The notes beneath the pieces were generated by a model that was given only the letters and a program-made list of their open reading frames with translations, did no database searches and was not told the origin of the DNA. A stretch of DNA of 64,000 bases from Callorhinchus milii (taxonomy: Eukaryota): assembly GCF_018977255.1 (NCBI RefSeq), contig NW_024704742.1:120716001-120780000 (forward strand), written 5' to 3'. Shown in pieces: positions 11,276 to 23,965 of the stretch (position 1 is its first letter; every line of letters starts with the position of its first letter). A program made the position numbers and the translations under genes.

Positions 11276-13227
11276 ACTTATCTAATGAAGATATAACGTG
11301 TGCATTTATTGAACCGACATACGATAGATATGGAGCTGTAAGGTAGAGTAGAGTAGAGCTTCGGTTTATTTAACCTACTACTGGCCAACCTTGACCCTAT
11401 CAGGATTGTACGAATCTATTTTTTTTCACCGAAGTATTAGACGTTTTGTGTTGAAGATGATTTTGTTTTTATTTAATCATTGTGGGAGACGTCTATAGTT
11501 CAGAATTGTGCATGCAAGTCTGAAATCTTTTGAACTGGAACATAAGCCCTGTCTTTATGCCCACAGTCTTTTATATACAGCGGAATCTCTACATTAAAAT
11601 GGCTTTGATGTACACTAATTTGTGGGTGAAAATGCAGCGTTTCAGTACAGAATCGATGTGATAATCATCACACCGGAGCCGACGTGATAATTATCATATC
11701 AATTCTGTTCTGGAACACTGCACTTTTCACCCCCTTATAAACTGTCAAACATAACATGTCGACTTGAATCAGTTTGTTTAGTGGATTCGGATTGTTTTAT
11801 TGATAAACAATTTACATTGCTCGGAATGGACTCACCAGCTATCATAAATGCAATCCCTACTGTCACAAATTCAAGGACTGTATTTCCGAGCAATTTCGCA
11901 TTTGGGAGTAAAATTTCGCACATGTTTTTTTTCCCCCAAAATCATGTGAAGGTTCTGCTATGTCGGTATTCCGGGGTCATTGCAATTCCAGCTTATGTTT
12001 CACCTCTCTCTCCAGCAGCAGACAGGTCATTCTTAGCTCAAAGCAATTATTGTGACTTGGTTCGAGTGCAATAGTTTTGACATATTCCTTTCCCACACTT
12101 ACATATCGCAGTTTATTCTTTCGTCACATACTTTCGGTCTTGGTAACCTCATTTTCGTCCTGAAATCAAATCTTTTTTTTTAATTTCCTCCCCACTCCAC
12201 ACACACACACACACGTTGCATCTCTTGAGGCTACGCATCAGTCATAGCAGCAGAGTAGTGAGGCAGTCAATATTAGACTGATATGGAGAGCGCCTGGGGT
12301 ATTTCCTCTGGTGACATTCCCAATCTCCCATGCATAACTCCCTCCAACAATTCGCTGCTCAAAGGTGTATCTTTTTTTTATCAATTAGACCAAGCGAAGC
12401 CTGTGTGACCGATTTGCCAAATATCTCGTGGGCTCACTGTCCTGATGCCAACTTCCCTGCGGTTTGCCATTTAAACGTCTTATCGCTGAGTTTTTACCAC
12501 TGGGCTCCTGCGGTGTTCCACCTCAGCTCAACTCAATGTTTAGGAGCCGTATCACTTTTCTTCTGGGTTAAATATAGCTTGAACCTTAGCTGTCACCTCC
12601 ACCCAGATATCTTTACACCACGGAGTTGCACTGAAATCAAAACTATTGATTTCTCACCCATCTTTGTCTTATTTGCCTTGTTAGCTTTGCACAATGTATT
12701 CCCATTCCCGACCTTCCTAAATTGTATATGACGTTGTAAGATTTGTTATTTTTCCTCTTGAAGTCTTTGTGTTCTTGAGCCTGATCCAATTTGCCTTTCT
12801 ATTTATAAAAGGGATTCTCCAGCTCAGCCTTTCCAGTTACGATAAAGGGCTGCAGCTGACATATTAATGTATGTTTTTATTTCATGCTTTATTCAGTTGA
12901 CAGACTCGTCCGATAGTTGAACCGATTGAAATGCTGTAGACACAAATGCATTCACAACTGGTGACTTCTGATTTTGGTCACTGATCTTCCCTAAACTCTG
13001 GAGAAGTTCTGGATAGACCAGCAAAGCTTTGAAACCAATTGTTCGTCCAGCTAATAATTTTGATTTTATTTCAGAATTCTAGCATTCAGTTTTATTTTAC
13101 AAATGTAATATATATGAATGCATTATATGAATGATCTGCAATATGTATGAGCTCTGAAACCTACTAAAGCAAGGATCCAGCCAAAGCCTCACTTTTGTAC
13201 TTTATAACCTATCCAATACTATTTCTG

Positions 13228-13622
13228 TCAGCCTGAGCAATTGGTGGCAATTTCGTCAAAAAGGTTTTTGGATTCCAGCTCCATGTTGAGATTTGAGCTC
13301 ACAGTCTAGGGTTGCACTTGGGAAGCACTGCATTGACAGAGGTGCCCTTCTTTGGATGACATATGAAGCCAAGGTACCGGTCAGTGCTGGTGCCCCTGGT
13401 TCTTCAGGCGAATGTTAAAGATTGCCTGACACCGTTGGAAAAGCAAAGTGAGGGAGTTTCTCCCCTGTGTCCTCGTCAAAATATCCAGAAAAAACTGATC
13501 GGTCAAATTGCAAGTGGGACCTTGTGCAACCTTACTGCCGCTTTTGCCGACAAAATAAAAAAATCACCTCCAGTCTTGACATTTATCACTTTAAAGCGGT
13601 TTGAGACATTTCATCGTGATGA
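13228..13622 (+). mobile_element. Old DeuSINE-like copy, near full length
   Basis: Degenerate tRNA head, GCACTGCATTGACAGAGGTGCCCTTCTTTGGATGA, TCAGGCGAATGTTAAAGAT, GGGAGTTTCTCCCCTGTGTCCT, and an L2-like end TAAAGCGGTTTGAGACAT. Confidence 0.65.
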
Positions 13623-16349
13623 GGGTTTAGCTGAGGAGCAGGTTTTCTTCCCTATATATACCTGTTTAGCAAATAATCTTCGGGATTTCAGTTTTATTCC
13701 GACAATTTTAAACCCAAGATGTAAGCGTTGTTTAACGTGTTATCAACCACTCGTTGTAAACAGACAAGCTTTGACTGTAAACTGCTGTCGGTCTTCATTG
13801 GAAGCGGTGATATCAATAAATGGCACTGTTTGGTTGCATGCAAACTGTGAACATGTTATGTGGCGGTGATCACTTATCCCGAAGAGACATCCCGAGTAAT
13901 ATATGAAAGCACTTTGGTGACCCACTGCAGGACTCATTTCAATAGATTGGGATGAGACCCATTAGTTCCCTGCATGTGTGGGAGGCAGATCATGAATTTT
14001 CCAGTTAACAAAACTGTAGGGAAATCACCAAAGCATTGTCTAATAAAGTGAATTAAAAAANGGAAAGAAGTTGCAATGGAGTGTCGGTCTCGTGTCGTTT
14101 TATGTGGATGAAAAGCGATTGGAAAGAGAAGTGCAATTTGACCTATGTATGTTCTATTTATTTTACAGATTAGATCCAGATTTCTCCAACTACATACATA
14201 TGGGTGAAGGGTGGGAGGTGTTTTTTTTTCAAATACGTCTCACATTGGCCAATGGCACAGTCTCACAGTATGACCAATGTGTTATAGAAATCACAGAGAT
14301 TTTTTTTNGCGCTCAGTGTCCAATTTTGGCGTCTCCTTGTTACAATAAGGATAATGTTTTCTTCAAGAAACTTTCAGGTAAAATGCTCATTTAGAACCGA
14401 AGACAATTCCTGGAGGGCAGAAGGTTTGCTCCTGTCTGACAAACATTGGTGCTGCTCACAGACAGCTTCAAAAAGAACACATAACTGCAAGTAAAGAGTC
14501 GTAAAAGTGGATTATTTTCCTCTCTAATTTGGCGTTTGGTGTCCATTTGCAGGAGCATTTACAACAACATCAACTTGCATTTAAGTCTATGATCACGCAT
14601 ACCAGCTGTGAATTACGTTTTGAAAGCGAAGTGGGTTTCAAAAAAGAAACTCTTCTCAAGCACCATGAGCAACATTGATATCTTGAAACGTTCTTCCAGT
14701 TTAAATTAGAGAGGCTTATTTGAAGTTTTCTTCAAGCTCAACATTGCTACATTAGCTATGGGTGTGTGGGTTCACAATAATAATTTCATAAGAATTATTT
14801 TAGGAATATATTTCTCAAATTAGAAGACACTCTGGTTACTAATCATAACATATAACGTTGCTTAATAGTACAGTACTGGAACAGTTTTAATCGCTAGTCA
14901 CATGAACGTTTAAGACCAGTGAGAAATTCTTTCAAATGTACACTGTAACATTACAGATGGTTTTCAATTATCCGATCTATAACTGGAATTTCGACTTATT
15001 GAATCAGATGATCAGTTTTATATATCGACTTTTAGGTTATAGTGTTACACGGTAAAGCAATTATTAGCTAGATACAGTAATAATAATGAAGTACAGCATA
15101 CCTAGTTTTGCAACCACACAAAATACATTATGACAGAATATCCTAAGGAATAAAGCGTGTTAAACTTAAAACTTCAAGGTTTCTTATTGAATGGGATACA
15201 TTTGGAGATTTCAAGTTTCCCAACACAACTCAAATATCCCACAGCCACACAAACTAACTCTGCTGTAGTATATATTCAATAAAGTCAAAGTAAATCACAG
15301 ACACACCTATAGCTCTCCCCCTATAGAAAATTAAATACATTTTAGTTATCCAGTACACCTTTAAAACAATCATGAATATATTTGCGAACACTTATTCTGG
15401 ATCGTAAACGAAAAGCAACAAGATTCAAAAGTCTATTAGATTATTTTCACAAGGTTTTGGGGCAGACTGTGTAGCATTGCTAATTATATTAGATCCACTA
15501 ATGTTATTCACATTCTCTAAAATAATATGAATTTAATGTTAAGTTGGATCTGAGCAAGTAAAGAACTGGTGAATACGAAAGAATATTAATGTTAGATAAT
15601 GCATTTCTTCAGCAATGTGGGTACTAATCATTCAGTAATGAGGGTATGTAATAGAGATTAATGTTGCTTTCTGAGTAAGACAGATAAGGTCCCTGGTGTA
15701 AGTTCCATGGAATCGGATCCGATACTGTAAAGTGGTCTCAAACAGGTTGTAATTTAAAAATAAACTTGTTTTTTTTCAATTGAGAAGTGAGTGGACCGAT
15801 TGGTGGTCAATGTTTAGGTGTTCACAGTAGTCAGGTTGAGTACTTATCCAGTCCATATAAGACAGACACCACGTCGAATCAGTCTCTGCTGTGTAACAGC
15901 ACTTTTACAAAACAAACTCACCAACATACACTCACCAGCGTCGTTAAACCAATTAGTATTTAACATCATTTTAAGAGACCGTTTTCTAGTCCGATTTATT
16001 TAATACTATTACACCATAAAGACTTTGGCTGCACTTATTCTGCAGTCGGTGACAAAATCCCCTCTGGTATTTCTCTGGTATTCTTGCTTCAGTTGTCAAT
16101 ATTAATCAAATATACAACAACAACTTGCATTCATATAGTGCCCTTCACACAGGATAGAGTCTCGGTGTGTTTAACAGTGGGGAAGCTTGATACCACCCAA
16201 ATATACAACCACATAACCGCCTAAACTAATTTTGGAACTCTGCACATAACTGCAGTTTTATTGATAATAAAAAAAGTGAGAAATCAGTCACTGTTCTGGT
16301 TTCAGAACAGAAGATGCATGTTTACTACTACTCCTGCTACTACCTGGGT

Positions 16350-16696
16350 AATAAACCTTTCATTTGATCAGGCTGCTGAGACATTTCACAACGCTTCCCA
16401 GAATGTATTGTAAAGTGGATTCAATGTGTATTTTGTGGGTGAAGTGCCACAGCCAATTAATTGCACATAGCAATGTCCCACAAACAGTCGTGGATTGAGT
16501 GACCACATTTTTTGGACAGATTATTACTTCCGGAAATCTATCGCCAATCAACTAACAGCCGGGTTCCTAGTTACTGCTCGGTAAACAGATGTGTGTGTAG
16601 TAAGGACACTTGCCTAAGGTTTCGCTCTGCCCGGGAATCAAAACAAGTCGAATTGTTTTTGAGGCAAGCGCACTAACCACTATGCTGCAGGACTCT
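16350..16696 (-). mobile_element. tRNA-derived SINE, long variant, diverged
   Basis: Same core and head as other copies. Carries the CAACTAACAGCCGGGTTCCTA.TTACTGCT.GGTAAACAG segment. Confidence 0.85.
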
Positions 16697-17845
16697 ATGT
16701 GATGAGTAAACAGTGAAAGGGATGAGACAGAGTGGGACCTGCATCCAAAATTAATTAAAAACTATACTGATTGTACTTAGAAAGGCAAAGTCCTACACTT
16801 TTGAGGAATAATAATGATGATGATAATTAGGAAGCGAGTCTACACTCGGCGGGTGCTTGTCAGAGACGGGTGAGGTTTTCCTGACTTCTGTCAAAGAATA
16901 ACTGCACTTTACTCATATTTCTAATGTGATTGACACTTTGCTATTTGTGAGATTGTCACAGGGAGAAACAAGGATATTAAAGCAATGATATCTGCTTGGA
17001 AGGATCTGAAGATTTTAATGTGTAAATGTCAATGGCATTTGCTATGCCAAGATTTTTATCATCAGCTGTATCATTGTTAATGTCATCATTCTTTACTAAC
17101 AAGAATTTGAAAGATTGAGTTATAGAAGCAATTTTAATTTAAAATGCACCTCATTTTAAAAAATATTAATGAAAATTATCAGAGTGCTGCTGATATCTAA
17201 AACAGCCCAGCCATTTTGGAGCTGTGCCACGATGGATAATGTGGATTTCCACCCCAATCCCAATTAATCATGTTTCCATAGTAACCATAGTTTCCATAGT
17301 ACAGAAACAAACACAAGGCCTGTATTACCATATGTGTCTCTGTACCTAAACTCGTAGGAGCAGAGAGAATGGTGGCGTATTAAGAATCATTATTTCCGTG
17401 AAATTTTGAGACAGAAAATTAATCATCCCTAGAGGTTTTTTGAATGAAGAAGGTCCATTGGTCCATTTAATCTAATCCTTCCATCCTCCTATTATAGCAT
17501 CAAGTTGTTTATAAAATGAGTCCAGTGTCCTGGTCTCAGAAATTCTTCCTGGTATCCCGTTCCAGTTGTTAATTACCCTCTGGGTGAAGAATTACTTCCT
17601 GATATCTACTCTGCAATTGAACTTTGCAACCCTAAAGCTATACTGTCTTAGTGCATCGAACATATTGTTCAAAAGGCAGCACAGAGGAGAACGATAAAGA
17701 TGATCCTCAGTGTCAGAGAAATGAGCTATGAGCATTGATCAGACAGGTTCTTCAGTCTTGAAAAGAGACATCTCACAGAAGAGATTCTTTACATGTTTGT
17801 TTACATTTTCATGTTTTTAAATGGTTGTGAAAAAGTAAGATTGTC

Positions 17846-18070
17846 AAGTCAATTGGCAGGTTGCTTTCCTAATCCCTTCAAAAAAATAAAATAATAATAA
17901 TAATTTGGTCACTTAATCCATGACTGTTTGTGGGACACTGCTGTGCTCAATTGGCTGCCACGTTTCACCCATAAAACATACAGTCAATTAACTTTACAAT
18001 ATATTCTGAGAAGCTTTGAGACTTCTAAAAGACATGATGAGGCTCTATATCAAATGCAAGGATTATTATT
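17846..18070 (+). mobile_element. SINE 3' two-thirds
   Basis: GACTGTTTGTGGGACACTGCTGTG..ATCAAATGCAAGGATTATTATT. Confidence 0.8.
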
Positions 18071-18074
18071 TTAA

Positions 18075-18910
18075 TATTATATAGTCTAGCATATTGTTTG
18101 CTGCTTGTATATCAATTGGTGTGGCAAGATGAGTGATGAATCAACTAATACCCATAGATCGCTTTCAGCTGCCACCTTGGCAATTTTACCTTATTTGTAG
18201 TTCTTTTATTTAATTGTATTGGTCCAGCTCGGCGTCAGTCTACCAGTCTTGGGCTGATGACTGACAAATTAAGTTAAATAACAACAACAACTTGCTGTTA
18301 AGCTCTCCAAGACGTTGCCCTTCATGAAGGGCACTATATAAATGCAAGTTGTTGTTGTTATTTAACTTAATTTGTCAGTCATCAGCCCAAGTGCATACCT
18401 TATCAAGCTTTCTTTTTATGATTTTTGCTGCCTCCTTTGACTACAATTTGCTGTGGTCTGCAAAGTTAACTACACTGCACTAGGTTTGCAAATCCAGGTC
18501 ATTAATATTTACAAAGAACAGGAAGGGTTCCAGCGCAGACTTCTGAGGCATCCAGCTTAATTCCTCACCCAGTTTTGACCTTGCGTCCATAATAACTATC
18601 TTCTGCTTCATTCCCTTCATCCAACTGAGATTATATGTCAATGTCTTGCCCTGAATATCCAGTGGCATCAGTTTATGAAGGAGTCTTTCAGGTGATACTT
18701 TTGTCAAATTATTTTTGGAAGTTGAGGTTCACTATGACATATGGCTTCCCACAGTCAATTTGGGATGTCACCTTCTCAAAACAAAATCTATAAGGTTGTT
18801 CAGACAAGATCAACCCCATCTAAATCCAGGCTGACTGTTATTTATTAAGTTATTTTTGTACTGGTGATGTTTAGAAATAAAAAAAATCCATAATTTTTTC
18901 AATCATTGAG
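18075..18910 (-). mobile_element. Old CR1-clade RT fragment, interrupted by an L2 3' end at about 18222-18359
   Basis: The remnant ORF KVSPERLLHKL...QK.VI...PQKSALEPFLF.V.INDLD resembles CR1 RT ([25 protein letters not shown]). Confidence 0.7.
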
Positions 18911-18919
18911 GTTCATCCT

Positions 18920-20165
18920 TAAAAAACTCTCCCTGGACCCATCACTGCTCTCAAACTACTGCCCCATCTCCAACCTCCCTTTCCTTTCCAAGGTCCTGGA
19001 ATGAGTCGTTGTTTCCCAGCTTCGCTCCTTCCTCTCCCGCCACTCCTTTTACGAACCCTTCCAATTGGGTTTCCGTGCCGCCTACAGCACAGAAGCAGTT
19101 TTGGTCAAAGTGACAAATGATATTTTGTCCATCTGTGACCAGGGCTCCCTCTGCTCCTGGTCCTCCTTGACCTCTCTGCTGCCTTTGATACCATTGACCA
19201 CTCTATCCTCCTCCACTGCCTCTCCTCTCAGCTCAACCTTCATGGTTCTGTCCTTGAATGGTTCAGATCCTACCTCTCACACTGCCTGCACGTCATCTCC
19301 TCAAATGGTTTCTCCTCTAGCCCCCGCACCATCTCGTGCTGTGTTCCTCAGGCATCTGTCCTTGGTCCCCTCCTCTTCAATATCTATATGCTACCTCTTG
19401 ATGATTCCCGGCAGGGCGAAACCTTGGGCAAGTTTCCTTCCTCTACACGCCTGATAATAATCCCCCAAGAAAAAAATTAATAAATTGGTCATTTAAATAC
19501 ATGATTGTTTGTGGGACACTGCTGTGTGCAATTGGCTGCCACATTTTTCCCACAAATATACAGTCGATTCACTTTACAGTCTATTTTGTGAAGCACTTTG
19601 AGACGTCTAGAAAACGTGAAAAGCACTATATCAAATGCAAGGATTATTATTATTATTAACATCATCCGCAGACATGGGGTCAACTTCCATGCATGCCAAT
19701 GACACCCAACTGTACCTCTCTGCCTCCACTCTTGACTCCAGGACCACTGCTGTCCTGACAGAATGTCTGTTAGACATCAAGTCCTGGATGAGAGCTAACT
19801 TTCTACAGGTGAACGTCAACAAGACCGAAGCTCTCCTGATTGGCTCCCATCAGCGCCTCCACACCCAGGCACTGACAGCATCACCATCCAAGGGTGCCCA
19901 CTCCACCACACTGAGCCAGTCCAGAACGTTTGCGTCTTGTTTGACGCTCAAATATCCTTTCTCCCCCACATCCGCACCATGACCCACTCTGCTTTTCCCC
20001 ACCTCTGCAACATTGCCTGGCTCCGCCACTGACTCACACTCTTGGCCCTTCGAGACCCTCATACACACATTTATAAGATCCAGGCTTGATTGTACAAACT
20101 CCCCGCTTGTCGGCCCCCCCACTCCTCCCTCCATAGGCTGCAGATCATCCAGAACTCTACCTCTT
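18920..20165 (+). mobile_element. L2-clade LINE RT fragment interrupted by a 5'-truncated SINE (about 19405-19657)
   Basis: Remnants GFRAAYSTEAVLVKVTNDIL and [37 protein letters not shown]. The SINE sits between ..CTCTTGATGA and CATCATCCGCAGACATGG. Confidence 0.88.
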
Positions 20166-21481
20166 CTGCTGGTCTTTATGTCTCCCTGCATTCTTCTGAA
20201 ATCCCCTTCACTGTTTGCCATGTCCCCACCTCATTTTGTGTCATCTACAAATGTTGACAGCACACCTCTTATTCGTGAATCCAAAGCAGTTTTTGAATAT
20301 GTCACTATCTCCTCTTGATTCTCTTTTTCAATCCTTTTGGATTGTTTAGGATTTTGATGAGTTCCCTGACTCCCTCTTACTGTTATAATATTGAAAGAAC
20401 TTTTGGGCATTATGTTTTGGTTTTGTCGCTATGTTCCTTTCCATTTCTCTCTTGGCTTCCCCAGTTTCTTTTTCAATCTCCTCCTGTACAGTCTTGTATT
20501 CAGCCTCACCCTCTTCTTTCTCTGAACAAGCTTTAAGTACTTTTTTTCTAAGTCTCCCTTTTATTTTCCTGTTGACCTTTTTTTTAAAAAAAGTTCCTAG
20601 TTAGGTGTGCAATACAATACATAGCACTTTTCACGTCAGGAGGATATCTCAAAGTGCTTCATACTGCTGGCCCTATCCACCCCTCTTGGTGGACAAGCTT
20701 TCAGCCATTCACATAGTGTGGTGTCACATAGAGAGGACACAGGTTTCAGAGTTCTGGATAGTCTATGTGTGTGCTGTATCCTCTGTAAAATGTTATTAAA
20801 GAACATCCATTTATCCTCGATTCATACCACACCCTCTTCCCCGTAGGAATCCAATACTATGTACCTGTTTGATGTCTCCACAGTGAAGTGTTCTGTAAAC
20901 ATAATAGCTATTGCAGCCATAAGCAGTTTTTCTGACTCCAATATTTAAGTTTTTCGTTTTTTCATATGCATCTATGAGCATATGAAAAAACTCATAGATG
21001 CACAAGAGGTGTGTATTGAGACACAGGATGTTGTAGGAGAAATAGTTTAAGCTATTCTACCTTCTTTGAGCCATATACTTTGGGACTGCTCTAATTTCCC
21101 ACCCTCCTAAATATTGAGACGGTTCTACACCCATATATGTACACCATGATATGGCTTGATCCGCCTCACAGAGTGTACTGGGTGGCCTCTGTGTTCAAGC
21201 CTCTGTTTGTGGGGCTGCCGCGTTTTGCCCACAAATATATGGTCAATTCACTTTACAGCATATTCTGTGAAGTGCTTTGAGATGTCGAGAAGACTTGAAA
21301 AGCACTATATCAAATGCAAGGATTATTATTATTATATTATTATTATAAGCCTCATGAAAGTCCCTATAGTTAGGTGTAACTTGACTAATGAGTTCTTCCA
21401 CAATAACAGGTACTACTAATTGCTATTTAAATTAAAGAGAATTGAGAAGCTTCCGTCATCAGTCTTTTATTCTAAACAGGC

Positions 21482-21882
21482 TGTGACGTAGGCTCAACCT
21501 GTTTGTATATTCCATCCTGCTTTGATTTATACAGAAAGCTCAAGAAAGTACGGTTGAGTAAACGCAACGGAATTTTATTGTTGTTTTGATTAAATCCACA
21601 ACCCTTTGCATTAAATATTAAACGACACGATAAATATCAAGAAACATAACTATGAAATATCAAACACTAAGCACACTTAAACTAAACATGCTAGCAGCCA
21701 CTTCTAATGAAGTTAATGTAAAGTGCACGAAAAACCAATCTCTGACTACTACTCATTAATAGTCAGTGCACGTACCTTTTGATGTCAATAGCAACCACGT
21801 CCACATGCGCATTGAGCATGTCCCCGAATTAGAGTACCCAATGGTAATTGTATTATCATTGGGTACCCTAATTGGGGCAACA
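21482..21882 (-). mobile_element. Probable solo LTR, about 400 bp
   Basis: TGTGACG...GCAACA (TG..CA) termini. AATAAA on minus near the left end (TTTATT about 21574). CpG-retaining, abuts an L2 fragment. No TSD seen. Confidence 0.4.
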
Positions 21883-22958
21883 TCACCATCCACGGTTGCA
21901 CACTCCACCTTGCTAAGGCAGTCCGGAACCTTGGTATCTTGTTTGACCCTCAACTATCCTTTTTGCCCCACATTTGCGCCAAGACCTACTCTGCCTTCCC
22001 CCACCTCCACAACATCACCTGGATCTGCCATTGTCTCACACCACAGCCACCAAAACCCTCATACACGCTTTCATTATATTGAGGCTTCACTATGCAAACT
22101 CATTGCTTGTCGGCCTCCCCAACTTCTCCCTCCGTAGGCTGCAGATCATCTAGAACTCTGAAGCCCGCATCCTCTCCCGCACTAGGCTCCGTGACCCTAT
22201 CACCCCCATCCTCGCCCCACTTCACTGGCTTCCCATCACACAGAGGATATAGTTCAAGATCCTGGTCCTCACCTTCAAAGCCCTCCATGGTCTTGCTCCC
22301 CCCTAACCTTTGCGACCTCCTAGCCCCCGACCATCCTGTTCGCTCCCTCCGCTCAGCGTCTTCATGTCCCTCACCTCGCTCGCCCCACTATTGGCGGGTG
22401 GGCCTTCTGCCACTCTGCCCCCACCCTCTGGAACTCCATCCCACAGTCCCTCCACCTCGCCCCCTCCCTTGCCTCCGTGGAGTCCTGTAGATCAGTGGTT
22501 AGAGCACTCGCCTTGCAAGCGAGACACCTGGGTTCAATTCCCGGCAGGGCGAAACCTTGGGCAAGTTTCCATACTCCACACGCCTAATAATAATCCCTCC
22601 AAAACAAAACAATAATAAATTGGTCATTTTCAATCCATGACTCTTTGTGGGATACTGCCGTGCGCAATTGGCTGCCGCGTTTCGCCCACAAGTATACAGT
22701 CAATTCACTTTACAGCATATTCTGTGAAGCATTTTGAGACATCTAGAAGACGTGAAAAGCGCTATATCAAATGCAAGGATTATTATCATTATTATTATTA
22801 TTATTATTAATCTCTTCGACCGTGATTTTGATCTCCCTGCATCGCCCCCTGCCCTCCGCCCTCCCCGACCCCCAGCTTGGGTCCGAAGCTCTGACTGCCT
22901 TGGGATGTCCTCCTGACATGACCTTTCGGTATACAAATGTAATTTTGTTGTTGTTGTA
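21883..22958 (+). mobile_element. L2-clade LINE 3' end interrupted by a SINE at 22479-22810
   Basis: Colinear with 55360-56142. Ends ATACAAATGTAATTTTGTTGTTGTTG. Confidence 0.88.
22479..22810 (+). mobile_element. Full-length tRNA(Ala)-derived SINE
   Basis: GGAGTCCTGTAGATCAGTGGTTAGAGCACTCGCCTTGCAAGCGAG..GGTTCAATTCCC head, conserved body, (ATT)n tail. Confidence 0.92.
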
Positions 22959-23605
22959 ATTGCTGCTTTTTTTATGGTCCAATCAAAATCATCCTTTAAG
23001 TGACCCAATAGGGAAATAGAGGTGATTTAATAACATTATGCGCACCTTCTTATCCACTTACGCAAATGATAGATAGTCAGTTAGCCCCCAAATCGTTGCA
23101 ATCAATGCTAGAGTCAGACTTGATAGCACCATAAGTATCAAAAACAACTTTAAATACATAATAAATACATATTTAAAGGGCTACTTAGACTGGCTAATGC
23201 TTTTAGCGAACCCATAAACTTTACAGAACATATTTTAAACAACAGACAGGCATAGAAAGCAAAGTGGTGACCGTAATAATGTGTACATACATACTACATT
23301 CCACACAGATTGGCATTTCTCATTCTCAAAGTTTCTTATTTTTTTCCGGTTCTCCTTCTTTGCTTCTAAGTGTGCTTCTCATTAGCTGGGTCAATAGAAA
23401 AGTGGAGCTGCAATGTTTCTACGGAATCTGTTCTAAACTGTTTATCTGACACAACTGTGGGTGGACATGCCTGTGTGGTGCAGCGCAAGCAGGAAATGGG
23501 CTTCACTCCACATGGAGACCCTGCTGTTGAGATTGTCTGTTTATCTCTCTCTATGTGTGTGTGAGTGTTTGTCTGTGTCTGTCTCTCTCTGAATGTGAGT
23601 ATCTC

Positions 23606-23965
23606 TATAATAATAATCCTTGCATTTGATATAATGCTTTACACATCTTTAACATCTCCTAGACGTCACAAAGCGCTAGAGAATAGTATATACAGAATAT
23701 ACTGTAAAGCGAATTGACTGTATATTTGTGGGCGAAATGTGGTGGCCAATGGTGCACAGTAGTATCCCACAAGCAGTTGTGGATCGAGTGACCAAACTAT
23801 TATTGTTTTTTTTGAAGGATTATTATCCCCGGAAAAGCAATTCACCAATCGACTAACAACCGGGTTCCTACTTAGTGCTAGCTAACAGGGGTGTGCGGAG
23901 TAAGGAAGCTTGCCCAACGTTTCGCCCTGCCAGGAATCAAACCCAGGTCTCTCGCTTGCAAGGCT
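23606..23965 (-). mobile_element. tRNA-derived SINE, long variant, head partly truncated
   Basis: Tail, core and CGACTAACAACCGGGTTCCTACTTAGTGCTAG segment. Ends at TCTCGCTTGCAAGGC. Confidence 0.85.

Noticed and set aside
10723..11340. SECIS element supporting selenocysteine at the HTR1A TGA
   Set aside because: The ATGA candidates at about 10723, 10914 and 11285 lack a properly spaced apical AA and closing GA stem by eye, and the first is too close to the UGA. Not supported without a covariance search.
13363..13869. 168-aa ORF downstream of HTR1A
   Set aside because: The first half is read through a DeuSINE-like repeat, with no protein family features.
14061..14308. N bases at 14061 and 14308
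   Set aside because: Single ambiguous calls beside homopolymers. These are assembly uncertainty, not biology.
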